A stretch of 64,000 nucleotides of DNA from Thermoplasmata archaeon. GTDB taxonomy: Archaea; Thermoplasmatota; Thermoplasmata; Lutacidiplasmatales; UBA184. The translations under genes and the position numbers were made by a program. How positions within the stretch are numbered: position 1 is the first letter of the stretch; every line of letters starts with the position of its first letter. Where the stretch lies: positions 96,001 to 160,000 of the forward strand of contig JAGWLG010000001.1 of NCBI GenBank assembly GCA_028864975.1. The letters are read 5' to 3'. The notes beneath the pieces are model-generated. The model saw nothing but the letters and a program-made list of their open reading frames with translations. It was not told where the DNA came from and searched no databases. This document shows positions 55,201 to 63,753 of the stretch, one piece after another.

Positions 55201-55770
55201 GAAGCTGCCCCCGCCGTTGGAGGAGAAGACCGGTGCGGGGGTTCCCGGCAGTGCCGCGATCTGCATCGAGCCGGTCACGGTCGTCGGACCGTACTCGGCC
55301 CAGCCCTGGGTCTCCGTGAGTCCCGAGGTAACCGCGCTCCCGACGATGTGCACATCTCCCGCGAGGTAGGTCGATGAGGCTGCGAAGCTGCCGTTCACGT
55401 GCACGCTCCCATTGATCGCCGTGGAGGGAGGGGAGCTCCTGGGAAGCGTGGGAACAGGCGCCGCGGATGGGCCCGAGAGCGGGTCGGACGTACCCGGGGG
55501 CGAAGCCGGGACTGTTGTGGGCCCTCGTGGCTCCGGTAGCACCGGCGAAGGTCCCGACGATTCGGGGCCACTCCCGAGAGAGCGTGGGACGGGTCCGCCG
55601 ACCTTCCCGAACGTCCCGGGGGCGGTGAGGAGCGAGACCGAGCTCAGGACGAGGAGCCCTACGATCAGGGCGATGGGGAGAGAGCAGTACGCTTCCAAGG
55701 CTCCACCGGACGCGGGACGGGCGCAGCCAGACTTCCCCCGCGTAATGAGCGTTGGCTCCGTTGGGACCAC
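52249..55770 (-). CDS. Large (~1173 aa) membrane-anchored surface protein with a long beta-solenoid-like repeat region
   Basis: GTG at 55770 with GAGGAGG upstream; N-terminal TM, P/S linker, ~850 aa of G/S/T/V/N-rich beta repeats with many NxS/T sequons, 3-4 C-terminal TMs. Confidence 0.8.
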   Translation of the reverse strand: MVPTEPTLITRGKSGCARPASGGALEAYCSLPIALIVGLLVLSSVSLLTAPGTFGKVGGPVPRSLGSGPESSGPSPVLPEPRGPTTVPASPPGTSDPLSGPSAAPVPTLPRSSPPSTAINGSVHVNGSFAASSTYLAGDVHIVGSAVTSGLTETQGWAEYGPTTVTGSMQIAALPGTPAPVFSSNGGGSFWVDASPQNQTAFNVMEGNLAFGDATNGDTYLMTAIGVNLTIDANQAGGFYSFGGGTNIQVLNASQVINYANSSGPVNIVAQIPGLPAVTVPVAVGQHYVASLCVLLLGCVVKIPVVSITWGAGTHFSILGQTLSGGSGMTASMPDSRLSISVPPGVGPNISMVADQGSPRLTVNAGATYPALLSTYGRVTVSRGESLNASVVVNGTFSAQATADNGGTFYNAGGLVVQGHLDSAGEQLFKHHLELGPQIEIQTAPGGAVETLGPTTIDSDVTILGSTNASGNLTIAGEFVQNSTLIHIGGNLSLNGTMVASGSVGTSGTTAFAGLISSSGAISLPHSFMDGTFLLTDGSFVGVGSTLLQGTSVGRGWTWVNSTTYSVVGSAWLNGTVDVNRSIVVRGNAELQTAPGGALHLNATVLMGSGGGAGSPWTSRVLGSVMVRGTSFANGTSSFNGTTVSFPSGLVVLGSVQAQGNVSVDGVTAFSGAVSSSGTAHFPGMSLTGTFSLSSAGGVVNGTGTSSVAGNVSLSGRLTVDHGVFAENGTSVILGTLGMTGTVLVTGDSTLATEAGTSLSLVGNINLAGAAHIVGNVNTTGNVTIAGSASLSAAQVVISGSLSAQGSVYSRGWIELTGTADFQGPVLTLGRTQLPGLDVAGNYTLRWGEFRLNGAIDLTGFTVSLGTITANAQGYFVHGESRIVGHTVATGSAAVWGSSLTVGYIDLGDGATLGGFMEVNNGSMSAGGLTLTGTIVLPNDTATFPQGANISGAVFQTGLLTSQGGAVAFYGESIVNGTVVSSGSPSLRGPIIASVFGGLFALTLGPEFLSFLVGLLLAVGVAGIELLRTGWKYRRPFTPEQRLSVRRMRAEPLLATALFSLGALTGAVGGYSQGAYLSVPAHASSASTVSLLYALASSLLLVGFLLWLHHRFRYSRARRPHLGARGAVPSRALPPMGPGTSSAPPVVPWAGEGSGGVAPPPPSGGPEEAQGTR

Positions 55771-55852
55771 GGGGCCTCCTCGAGGGGAGGGGCGACAGGG
55801 TGGCGAAATTCGTAAGTGGCTGCCGTTCGACCGACAGATATATACTGTTTGT

Positions 55853-55866
55853 CTGACAAGTGTCAG
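55853..55866. promoter_or_regulatory. Inverted repeat CTGACA-ag-TGTCAG in a divergent AT-rich promoter
   Basis: Read directly; adjacent ACAG-ATATATA-CTGT and TTGTC-T-GACAA dyads. Confidence 0.45.
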
Positions 55867-55871
55867 CACGG

Positions 55872-56033
55872 ATGACGCCCGTCAAGATCGAGCTGGCACC
55901 GTTGTCCCATGAGCCCACCGTACGCCGACAGTACCGACCCGCAGACCGTGCCTACGCCGAAGCAGGGCGCACCCTCTTCGGACTGGCCGGGCTCTCGGTC
56001 GTGATCTTCCCCTCCAGCGAGCCCGAGGAGTGA
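55872..56033 (+). CDS. Possible 53-aa small protein (absent from the ORF track)
   Basis: ATG right after the promoter dyad; stop overlaps the next GTG (GTGA); MTPVKIELAPLSHEPTVRRQYRPADRAYAEAGRTLFGLAGLSVVIFPSSEPEE. Confidence 0.35.
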   Translation: MTPVKIELAPLSHEPTVRRQYRPADRAYAEAGRTLFGLAGLSVVIFPSSEPEE

Positions 56034-56458
56034 GCGGTGCCTTCCCTCGCACGCTCCCGCCTCCTCGGCGGGGCCTTCGGGCCTCTCCGCTGCCCGTCGT
56101 TCGGGACCCTGGGGCCCGGGGAGCCTCGGTTCCGTTGTCGGCAGCGGGCGGAGCCAGCGCCGGGCGTGGCTGCCCGTCGCCGGTGCCGTGTTCCAAGGTT
56201 GCGGTCGAGCCCGCGAGGGAGGGCGCCGCCGATGCGGAGCTGTCAATGCCTTCGATGAGCACCCTTCCCGGCACCTGGTGGTCCACCCTCTGGCTCTGGC
56301 CCACCTCGGCGGGCCCTCTCGGGCAACGCCGCTGCCGTTGGTGTGTGCACGGACAGGTCTCCTGTCCCAGCTGCAGCGGGGGCTCACCGGACTGCTACCG
56401 TTGCAGCGGCAAAGGCCAGCTCGTCTGCATGGTGTGTGGGGGCGAGAGCGCGGTATGA
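56030..56458 (+). CDS. Small protein ending in a DnaJ-like four-CxxC zinc finger (start uncertain; 56246 is an alternative)
   Basis: CRWCVHG, CPSCSGG, CYRCSGKG, CMVCGG. Confidence 0.45.
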   Translation: MSGAFPRTLPPPRRGLRASPLPVVRDPGARGASVPLSAAGGASAGRGCPSPVPCSKVAVEPAREGAADAELSMPSMSTLPGTWWSTLWLWPTSAGPLGQRRCRWCVHGQVSCPSCSGGSPDCYRCSGKGQLVCMVCGGESAV

Positions 56459-56489
56459 TCCGAACGGTTCGGGAGTGTCGGAGCGCCGA

Positions 56490-57872
56490 CTACCGACCGT
56501 CGTGGGTCTGAAGCGTTGCCTGCAGCTGCCGGCGCCGCTTCTGCGCTTCTTCCGCGTTGGGGTCGGTCGTCGGCCCGTCCTCGGAGGAGCGTCCCCCCTC
56601 CGCGGGAGGGTCGACGAGGACGGCCGTCGGGGGCTCCAGCTCGGGATTGCTGGTGAGGCTCTCCCGCTCGAGGATGGCGCTCGTCGAGGACTCGACCTGG
56701 CTCACCGCCTCTTCCCGCTCCCGGTGGATGTCCTCGCGCTGTTTCCACATCTTGAGGTGGCTCCGCCGTTCGCTCTCGAGAAGCTCGTGCTCCTTGAGGT
56801 CCAGCTGGAGCAATCGCTTCAGGTTCCGGTCGAACTCGTCCCCCCGGATGTAGTCGAAGAGCTGGGACTCCTTGCGGTCGCGATGGGCGCCGCTCGCCCG
56901 GGCGAGGTCGATCTTCACGATCTGGCGCCGGAGCACCTCGACCAAGGCCGTGAGCGCGCTACGCTTCACGATCAGGATTCCGTCCTCCTCCGCCACGAGG
57001 CGGTCGGCCGCATCGGTGGGCATCTCGTCCGTGACCACGAGGACGTAGTCGGTGCTGTGGATCTCCCGGTACGTCCGGGCGCTGGAGAGGTCCTTCGCGT
57101 TGACCTTCTTCCCCACCTTGTTGTCGTAGACGATGGCCGTGGGGGTGTAGACCCCGGGGGCCCGTGAGATCCGCTGGACGATGTCCGCGGACCTCTGGCC
57201 GGGGCGGGAGACCTTCTGGACGTCGTCGTCCGGGAAGGCGGCCTTGAGGGTCTCCTTGAGCAGGAACTCCCCCGCGTCCCCCGTCACGTCCGACGGGGAA
57301 CGGCGCATCGATTCCCGCATCTCCTCCAGCTGCTTCTCGAGCCGGGTCTCGTGGGTCTTGAGCTCCTGCACCTGCTGCTGCCATCGGGAGATCTCGGTGG
57401 AGGCGTCCGAGCGCGCGCGCTCCGCGATCGCCCTCTCCTTCTGAGAGAACTCCTCCCGGAGCTTCTGTCGCTCCTCTTCCCACGACTTCTGCCGTTGGGC
57501 GGCCTCGGCGACCTCCTTCTGCAGGATCTCCACATCCCGTCGGTGCCGGTCCTCGATAGCCGCGACCTGGGCCTTTTGGAACTCTCCCATCTGCGCCTTG
57601 AGCTGCTCGAGCCCTTCCTGGTTCTGCGTTCGGAGCTGCTTCATTGCTTCGTGTTGCTCCCGCTCCAGCCGCTCCATCTCTCTCTTGCGTCGGGCTTCGG
57701 CCTCCTCGAGCCGTGCCTCCGCCTCACGGCTACGGGTCTCGAGCTCGCGTTGATGCTGGAGCCGCAGCCGCTCGAGGGCCTCGGCGCTGCCTTGGTGGAG
57801 CGCGTGAAGCTCCTCGGGCTTGAGCTCGATAAAGCAGACCGGACATCGGAGGGGTGCGGCAGGGTCCGGCAT
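56490..57872 (-). CDS. DUF2130-like coiled-coil protein with an RmuC-like C-terminal domain
   Basis: N-terminal CPVC, long E/R/Q coiled coil, GDAGEFLL...AFPDD, ADIVQ, YDNK. Confidence 0.75.
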   Translation of the reverse strand: MPDPAAPLRCPVCFIELKPEELHALHQGSAEALERLRLQHQRELETRSREAEARLEEAEARRKREMERLEREQHEAMKQLRTQNQEGLEQLKAQMGEFQKAQVAAIEDRHRRDVEILQKEVAEAAQRQKSWEEERQKLREEFSQKERAIAERARSDASTEISRWQQQVQELKTHETRLEKQLEEMRESMRRSPSDVTGDAGEFLLKETLKAAFPDDDVQKVSRPGQRSADIVQRISRAPGVYTPTAIVYDNKVGKKVNAKDLSSARTYREIHSTDYVLVVTDEMPTDAADRLVAEEDGILIVKRSALTALVEVLRRQIVKIDLARASGAHRDRKESQLFDYIRGDEFDRNLKRLLQLDLKEHELLESERRSHLKMWKQREDIHREREEAVSQVESSTSAILERESLTSNPELEPPTAVLVDPPAEGGRSSEDGPTTDPNAEEAQKRRRQLQATLQTHDGR

Positions 57873-58020
57873 GGTCGAACGGTCTCGGATGTCGACGGGA
57901 GCGAATGAAGGTTCCATCCGGAGGTTCGTCGTGTCGAGTGGTGGTGAGGAGGCCGTTCCCGACACTCTGTCGCCCGAGCTAACATATAAAGGCAGGTTCC
58001 CCTGGGGAAGCCCCGCGAGG

Positions 58021-58434
58021 ATGCCCATGGTGAAGTTCCCGAGCCAGGAGTGGATCGACCAGTTCAAGGAGAAGATCAACACGAACGCCGCGTACGAGGA
58101 CGCAGCGAAGACCTGGGAGGGGGACTTCATCTTCCTGGTCGAGGCGGACGGACCGCTCACCTCCCCGGTCGCGCTCTACATGGACCTCTTCCACGGCAAG
58201 TGCCGCGACGCCAAGATGCTCTCCAGCCCCTCGGAGAAGACCGCGGCGTACACCTACCAGGGGCCCTACGGCAACTGGCGGAAGCTGATCAACAAGGAGA
58301 TCGACCCGATCCAGGGGATGATGACGGGGAAGTTCAAGCTCAAGGGCAACATGATGAAGATCATGCGATACACCCGGGCCGCGAAGGAGCTCATCAACAC
58401 CGCTTCGGCGATCCCGACGGAGTTCCCCGGTTAA
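58021..58434 (+). CDS. SCP2 sterol/lipid-binding domain protein
   Basis: FPSQEW...IN...Y...A.TWEGD, DPIQGMMTGKFKLKGNM; CATATAAA ~35 nt upstream. Confidence 0.85.
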   Translation: MPMVKFPSQEWIDQFKEKINTNAAYEDAAKTWEGDFIFLVEADGPLTSPVALYMDLFHGKCRDAKMLSSPSEKTAAYTYQGPYGNWRKLINKEIDPIQGMMTGKFKLKGNMMKIMRYTRAAKELINTASAIPTEFPG

Positions 58435-58513
58435 CGTCCCTCGACCGAACCGCTCCCGGGGGTCGATCTCGCACCATCGAGGGCACCTACGGGAGAGGAG
58501 GTCGTTCCGTTCC

Positions 58514-59674
58514 ATGTGGTTCTTCACGGCGCCGAAGATCGTCTTTGGTGCGGGAGCCATCGAGTTCTTGGCCTCGCTCCCGACCAAGAAGGCGATGATC
58601 GTGTGCGACCGTTTCCTCGCCGAGCAGGGGACCTACAAGCCGGTGCAAGAGCAGCTGGAGAAGGCCGGAGCGAGCGTGAAGGTCTTCGGGGAGGTCGAGC
58701 CGGAGCCCCACATCACCACGGTGTCCTCCGGGCTCAAGATCGCCAGGGCGTTCGAGCCCGATACGATCGTCGGGCTGGGCGGTGGGAGCGCCATGGACAT
58801 GGCCAAGGCCATTTACGCGCTCTACGAGCGACCCGACCTCACCATCTACGATCTGACCCCGATCGTTGACCTCAACCTCGGGAAGAAGGCCCGTCTCATC
58901 CAGGTCCCGACCACGAGCGGGACGGGGGCCGAGACGACCTGGGCGACCATCATCACGGAGGGAGAGGGGGGACGGAAGCTGGAGCTCGCGCACCGCGACC
59001 TCATCGCCCAGTGGGCCGTCCTGGACCCGATGTTCCCCTCCTCGATGCCCCCGAAGCTGACGGCGGACACCGGGGCGGACGCCCTCGCCCACTCCATCGA
59101 ATCGATCTCCTCCCAGTGGTCGAACCCGTTCTCGGACGCCATGGGGATGAAGGCCGTGGACACGATCTTCCGCTACCTTCCGAAGGCGGTGAAGGGCCAG
59201 CCGGTCCCATCGGAGGTGCGCGAGGAGCTCCACCTCGCGGCGGCGATGGCCGGGCTCTCCTTCGGGAACGCCCAGATCGGCATCGGCCACGCGCTTGGCC
59301 ACGCCTTCGGATCGGTCTTCAAGGTCCCGCACGGTCGGACCGTCGGGCTCTTCCTCCCCTACCACATCGAGTTCAACTTCGCGGCCGCCCGAGACAAGTT
59401 CGCGCGCCTATCGCCGGTCCTCGGCGACTCGACCGTGAGGAACGCCCGGGACCTTTCGGCGAAGGTTCGTTCGCTCTGGGACCAGATCGGGATGTCGAAG
59501 ACGATCCCGGAGGCCACCAAGGTGACGGAGAAGGAGTTCGAGGAGAAGCTCCCCGAGCTCGTCGAGCGCGCCGATTCTTCGACCGGTCTCGTCGCGAACG
59601 CGCGCGTGCCCACCTCCCAGGAGCTCGAGCGCATCCTCCGCGCGGCGTGGTCGGGCGCGCCGGTCGACTTCTAG
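58514..59674 (+). CDS. Iron-containing alcohol dehydrogenase
   Basis: GGGSAMD, PTTSGTGAE, DALAHSIES, GHALGH, VPHG. Confidence 0.92.
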   Translation: MWFFTAPKIVFGAGAIEFLASLPTKKAMIVCDRFLAEQGTYKPVQEQLEKAGASVKVFGEVEPEPHITTVSSGLKIARAFEPDTIVGLGGGSAMDMAKAIYALYERPDLTIYDLTPIVDLNLGKKARLIQVPTTSGTGAETTWATIITEGEGGRKLELAHRDLIAQWAVLDPMFPSSMPPKLTADTGADALAHSIESISSQWSNPFSDAMGMKAVDTIFRYLPKAVKGQPVPSEVREELHLAAAMAGLSFGNAQIGIGHALGHAFGSVFKVPHGRTVGLFLPYHIEFNFAAARDKFARLSPVLGDSTVRNARDLSAKVRSLWDQIGMSKTIPEATKVTEKEFEEKLPELVERADSSTGLVANARVPTSQELERILRAAWSGAPVDF

Positions 59675-59716
59675 AGCTCCACCACTCGAACCAGGAAAGG
59701 AGAACGCGAGGCGAAC

Positions 59717-61300
59717 ATGGCGACCCCGATGATGGCCAAACCCGAGCAAGGCAGCGCGAGCGGACCGACGGTGTGGAAGGCGTTCCTCGGCGGAGAGTGG
59801 CGAGACTCCTCGAACGGAGCGACGGCCACGCTCATCGACCCCTCGACGGGGGAGGTCATCGGAACCGTCCCCAAGTGCACGAGGGCGGATGCCAAAGCGG
59901 CGGTCGACGCCGCGCGCGAGGCGTTCGATAAGGGCCCCTGGCCGCGGATGAAGCCGAAGGAGCGAGCCGCGGTCCTGCAGAAGGTGGCCGAGCTCCTGGT
60001 CGCGAACCAGGAGGCCCTCTCGCTGCTCGAGACCCGGAACGCCGGGAAGCCGATCCGGCAGTCCTCCCTCTTCGACATGGGGCTCGCGGCCGAGCACATG
60101 GGCTACTTCGCCGAGCTCGCGACCTCCGTGCGGTGGCACCAGAAGATCTCCCAACCCGACTACGAGGGGACCATCGGTACGGTCGTCAAGGAGCCGATGG
60201 GGGTCTGCGCGGGGATCACCCCCTGGAACCTGCCGATCCTGATGGCGGTCTGGAAGGCCGGTCCCGCGCTCGCCGCGGGTAACACCTGCGTGCTCAAGCC
60301 GGCCTCGCTAACGCCGCTCACCACCCTGGAGCTTGCAAAGCTCTTCGAACAGGCAGGCCTCCCGAAGGGCGCCCTCTCCGTCGTCACGGGCTCGGGGGAG
60401 GAAGTGGGCGACACCCTCCTCACCCATCCCGGCGTCGACAAGGTGAGCTTCACCGGCTCCACCGAGGTGGGTCGGACCGTGCTGGCCAAGAGCTCGCTGA
60501 CGGTGAAGCGGACGACGATGGAGCTCGGAGGAAAGAGCGCCAACATCATCCTGCCGGACGCCGACCTCGAGAAGGCCACCGACGGGGCGCTTTTCGGGAT
60601 CTTCCTTCACTGCGGGCAGCTCTGCGAGTCGGGGAGCCGTCTCCTCGTCCCCGCGAAAGAGCAGGAGAAGATCGTGGCCCGGCTGGTCGAAAAGGCCCGC
60701 CGGATCCGGATCGGCCTCACGCAGGACTACGAGACGGACCTGGGACCGCTCGTGAGCGATGGGCAGCGGACCCGGGTCGAGGGCTACATCCAGTACGGAC
60801 TGGACCAAGGCGCGAAGCTCTCCTTCGGGGGGAACCGCCCGGACCGACCGGAGCTCCGCAAGGGGTTCTACCTGCGGCCGACGATCTTCTCGGGCGTGAC
60901 CCCGGACATGAGGATCGCCCAGGACGAGATCTTTGGACCGGTCCTTTCGGTCGTCCCCTACGAGAATGTTGACCAGGCCGTGGAGATCGCGAACTCCACC
61001 ATCTTCGGGCTCGCGGCTGCGGTCTGGAGCGAGAAGGAGGCGAAGGCGACGAGGGTCGCCGAGCGGTTGCGGGCCGGAACGGTGTGGATCAACGACTACC
61101 ACATGCTCTCTTGCCACGCCCCCCGTGGGGGGTACAAGCAGTCGGGGATCGGTCGCGAACTCGGTGAGAACGCCCTCGAGGACTACCTCGAGACCAAGCA
61201 CTTCTTCTACGGCCGCGAGTCGCCGCTCATCCCCATCGCCCGCGCCCTGGTCGTGCCTCCTGCGGCGAAGGGCGGGAACGAGCAACCCCCCGCGGCCTAG
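59717..61300 (+). CDS. NAD(P)-dependent aldehyde dehydrogenase
   Basis: ITPWN, FTGSTEVG, MELGGK, GQLCESGSR, EIFGPV, GGYKQSGIGRE. Confidence 0.95.
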   Translation: MATPMMAKPEQGSASGPTVWKAFLGGEWRDSSNGATATLIDPSTGEVIGTVPKCTRADAKAAVDAAREAFDKGPWPRMKPKERAAVLQKVAELLVANQEALSLLETRNAGKPIRQSSLFDMGLAAEHMGYFAELATSVRWHQKISQPDYEGTIGTVVKEPMGVCAGITPWNLPILMAVWKAGPALAAGNTCVLKPASLTPLTTLELAKLFEQAGLPKGALSVVTGSGEEVGDTLLTHPGVDKVSFTGSTEVGRTVLAKSSLTVKRTTMELGGKSANIILPDADLEKATDGALFGIFLHCGQLCESGSRLLVPAKEQEKIVARLVEKARRIRIGLTQDYETDLGPLVSDGQRTRVEGYIQYGLDQGAKLSFGGNRPDRPELRKGFYLRPTIFSGVTPDMRIAQDEIFGPVLSVVPYENVDQAVEIANSTIFGLAAAVWSEKEAKATRVAERLRAGTVWINDYHMLSCHAPRGGYKQSGIGRELGENALEDYLETKHFFYGRESPLIPIARALVVPPAAKGGNEQPPAA

Positions 61301-61306
61301 ACCGCG

Positions 61307-61768
61307 ATGGCGAGGATCGAGAGCCAGGTGGTCATCCGCGCCCCTCTCGACAAGGTCTTCTGGTTCCTCGCGGACGGGGACCACGCGCCCGCCTGGCACC
61401 TCTCGGTACGGGAAGCGCACCACGAGACCGCCCCGCCGATCCGGGTCGGGAGCCGGCTCGTCGTGAAGGCCCACGCGGGCCGCCGGGAGTACGCTTGGAC
61501 CCAGGAAGTGACCGGATGGGAGCCGCCGCACTCCTTCGCGGACCGCATGGTCCCCGGCACCGGACCCTTTCGCCGGTTCGAGGATTGGGGTCGCTTCGAG
61601 CAGGTCCCGGAGGGGGTACGGTTCACCTTCGGGACGGACTATGCCCTGCCCTACGGTCCCCTGGGATGGCTGGTCGACCGCCTCGTCATCGCCCCCCGGG
61701 TCCGTAGGGACCACGGCCGCTCGATGGAAAAGGCGAGGTCGACCCTGGAGGGGGAGGCACGGAAGTGA
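61307..61768 (+). CDS. SRPBCC/START-like (polyketide cyclase family) ligand-binding protein
   Basis: IESQVVIRAPLDKVFWFLAD....P.W. Confidence 0.85.
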   Translation: MARIESQVVIRAPLDKVFWFLADGDHAPAWHLSVREAHHETAPPIRVGSRLVVKAHAGRREYAWTQEVTGWEPPHSFADRMVPGTGPFRRFEDWGRFEQVPEGVRFTFGTDYALPYGPLGWLVDRLVIAPRVRRDHGRSMEKARSTLEGEARK

Positions 61769-63753
61769 CCCCAGCCGCCGTCCCGCCCCCACGATCCTCC
61801 TCGACTTCTCCTGTCTCCCCCCGGGTGCGCGCGACGCTCGAGGCCGTGGCACGGGGCCTGGTGCCGTCCGGCGGGAGCTTCCGACCGGGCGCGCTCGAGC
61901 TCGGAGTGCCGGACCTCATCGTCGACATGGATTCCGAGATGGACCGCGTGAGCCGGCTCGTCGTCCGCTCGCTCCTGAACTTGCTCGAGATCGCCCCCGT
62001 CTTCCGAGGACCCGGCCGTCCACTATCCCGACTGCGACAGGAGGAGGCGGAGGAGTTCCTGAGGGTGGCGAACTCGCAGGGGACCAACCGCCCGATGGCC
62101 ACCTGGCTGCTCCGCTTGCTCGTCGAGGCCAACTACGTCTCCACCCCCCAGGTCCGAGAGCATCTCGGGGTCCGAGAGGAGCCCATGTACTCCGTCCCTC
62201 CGGTTCCTCCCCCGCGCCCGCCGTTGCCGACGACCACCTTCCCCCAGCTCGCCATCGGGAGCGAGCTCGACTCCGACGTCTGCGTCGTAGGGAGCGGTGC
62301 CGGGGGAGCTCCCGCGGCGGCCTTGCTCGCCGAGGCCGGTTGGAAGGTCGCGGTCCTGGAAGAGGGGCCCGCGGTCTCCCGCGCCGACTTCCAGGGCTCC
62401 GCCATCGGGAGGATAGGACGATACTACCGGAGCAACGGGATCTTCTTCACGCTCGGCAAACCGCTCGTCCAGATCTCCTACGCGAGCTCGGTCGGTGGCA
62501 CGACCGTGTTCAACTCGGGGACCTGCTTCCAGCCCCCCGACTCCACGCTGGACCGTTGGGCGAAGGACTCCGCGATCCCGGGCCTCACTCCCGGTGAGCT
62601 CGCGCCCTACTTCGCCCGGGTGAAGAAGTTCCTCCAGGTCGGGCCCTCGAGGGCCGACATCCTCGGCCACAATGGCGAGATGCTGCAGAAGGGAGCCCAG
62701 GCGATGGGTGGGCTCAAGCACGGGATCATTCCCCGACCCGCCCCCGGGTGCCGAGGAAGCGACGAGTGCGTCATCGGGTGCCCGACCGATGCGAAGCGAT
62801 CGATGGCCCTTTCCTACCTTCCTCGGGCCGTCGCCGCGGGAGCGAAGGTCTACTCTCGGGTGCGCGTGGAGCGGGTGCGCCCCGGACCGGGAGGTCCACA
62901 TCGCTGGAGGGTCGAGGGGCACGTGCTGGACCCCGCGACGCAGCGACCGGTCGGCCGGGTCGCGGTCCGCTGTCGGCACGCCGTGCTGGCGGGCGGGGCC
63001 CTGAGCAGTCCGTACCTCCTCCCCGAAGTGGGCCCACGACCCGCGAGGTCGCACCGCGGCCGCCACCTCCGCGTCCACCCCTCGCTCGACATCGGCGGGG
63101 ACTTCCCTGGGCGGGTCGAGGGATGGCGCGGGGTACTGCAGTCCTATTACGTCGACGACTACGAGCACGGGGTGCTTCTCGAGGCCACCTTCCATCCTCG
63201 CGGGCTCCTCTCCACCTCCGGACTGACCCCCTTCACCGGTGCGCGGTACAAGGAGTTCCTGGAGCGTCTTCCCCATCTCGCCTTGATCGGGGCGCTGATC
63301 ATGGACGAGAGCGAGGGTCACCTCGGTCCCTTCCTCGCAGGCCGTCCCTGGATCCGCTACGACATGGTCCCGGCGGACCTCGCCAAGGTAGGAAGGGCGA
63401 TCGCCCTTTCCGGGCGCCTCCTCTTTGCAGCAGGCGCCGAACGCGTCTTCGTGCCGGTGCATGGGGGACAGGAGGTACGCCGGCCCGAGGACCTCGACCG
63501 GTTCGAGACCTCCCCGCCAGGGCCCGAGGCGCTCCACCTTCTTGCCTTCCATCCGCTCGGCACCGCCCGCATGGGAGGAGCGCCCGAGCTGGGAGCCGTC
63601 GATCCCACGGGGACGGTCTGGGGAGCCCCCGGGCTGCACATCTCGGATGCGAGCATCCTACCGGGATCGCCCAGCGTGAACCCTCAGATCTCGATCATGA
63701 CGCTGGCCGAGCGGAACGCGGAGTCCTGGATCAAGCAAGGTGTGGGAGCATGA
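61765..63753 (+). CDS. GMC-family FAD oxidoreductase with an N-terminal gluconate-2-DH subunit-3-like domain
   Basis: VVGSGAGG, VLEEG, VGGTTVFNSG, C.GS.EC..GCP, HPLGTARMG, DASILP..P.VNPQ. Confidence 0.9.
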   Translation: MTPAAVPPPRSSSTSPVSPRVRATLEAVARGLVPSGGSFRPGALELGVPDLIVDMDSEMDRVSRLVVRSLLNLLEIAPVFRGPGRPLSRLRQEEAEEFLRVANSQGTNRPMATWLLRLLVEANYVSTPQVREHLGVREEPMYSVPPVPPPRPPLPTTTFPQLAIGSELDSDVCVVGSGAGGAPAAALLAEAGWKVAVLEEGPAVSRADFQGSAIGRIGRYYRSNGIFFTLGKPLVQISYASSVGGTTVFNSGTCFQPPDSTLDRWAKDSAIPGLTPGELAPYFARVKKFLQVGPSRADILGHNGEMLQKGAQAMGGLKHGIIPRPAPGCRGSDECVIGCPTDAKRSMALSYLPRAVAAGAKVYSRVRVERVRPGPGGPHRWRVEGHVLDPATQRPVGRVAVRCRHAVLAGGALSSPYLLPEVGPRPARSHRGRHLRVHPSLDIGGDFPGRVEGWRGVLQSYYVDDYEHGVLLEATFHPRGLLSTSGLTPFTGARYKEFLERLPHLALIGALIMDESEGHLGPFLAGRPWIRYDMVPADLAKVGRAIALSGRLLFAAGAERVFVPVHGGQEVRRPEDLDRFETSPPGPEALHLLAFHPLGTARMGGAPELGAVDPTGTVWGAPGLHISDASILPGSPSVNPQISIMTLAERNAESWIKQGVGA

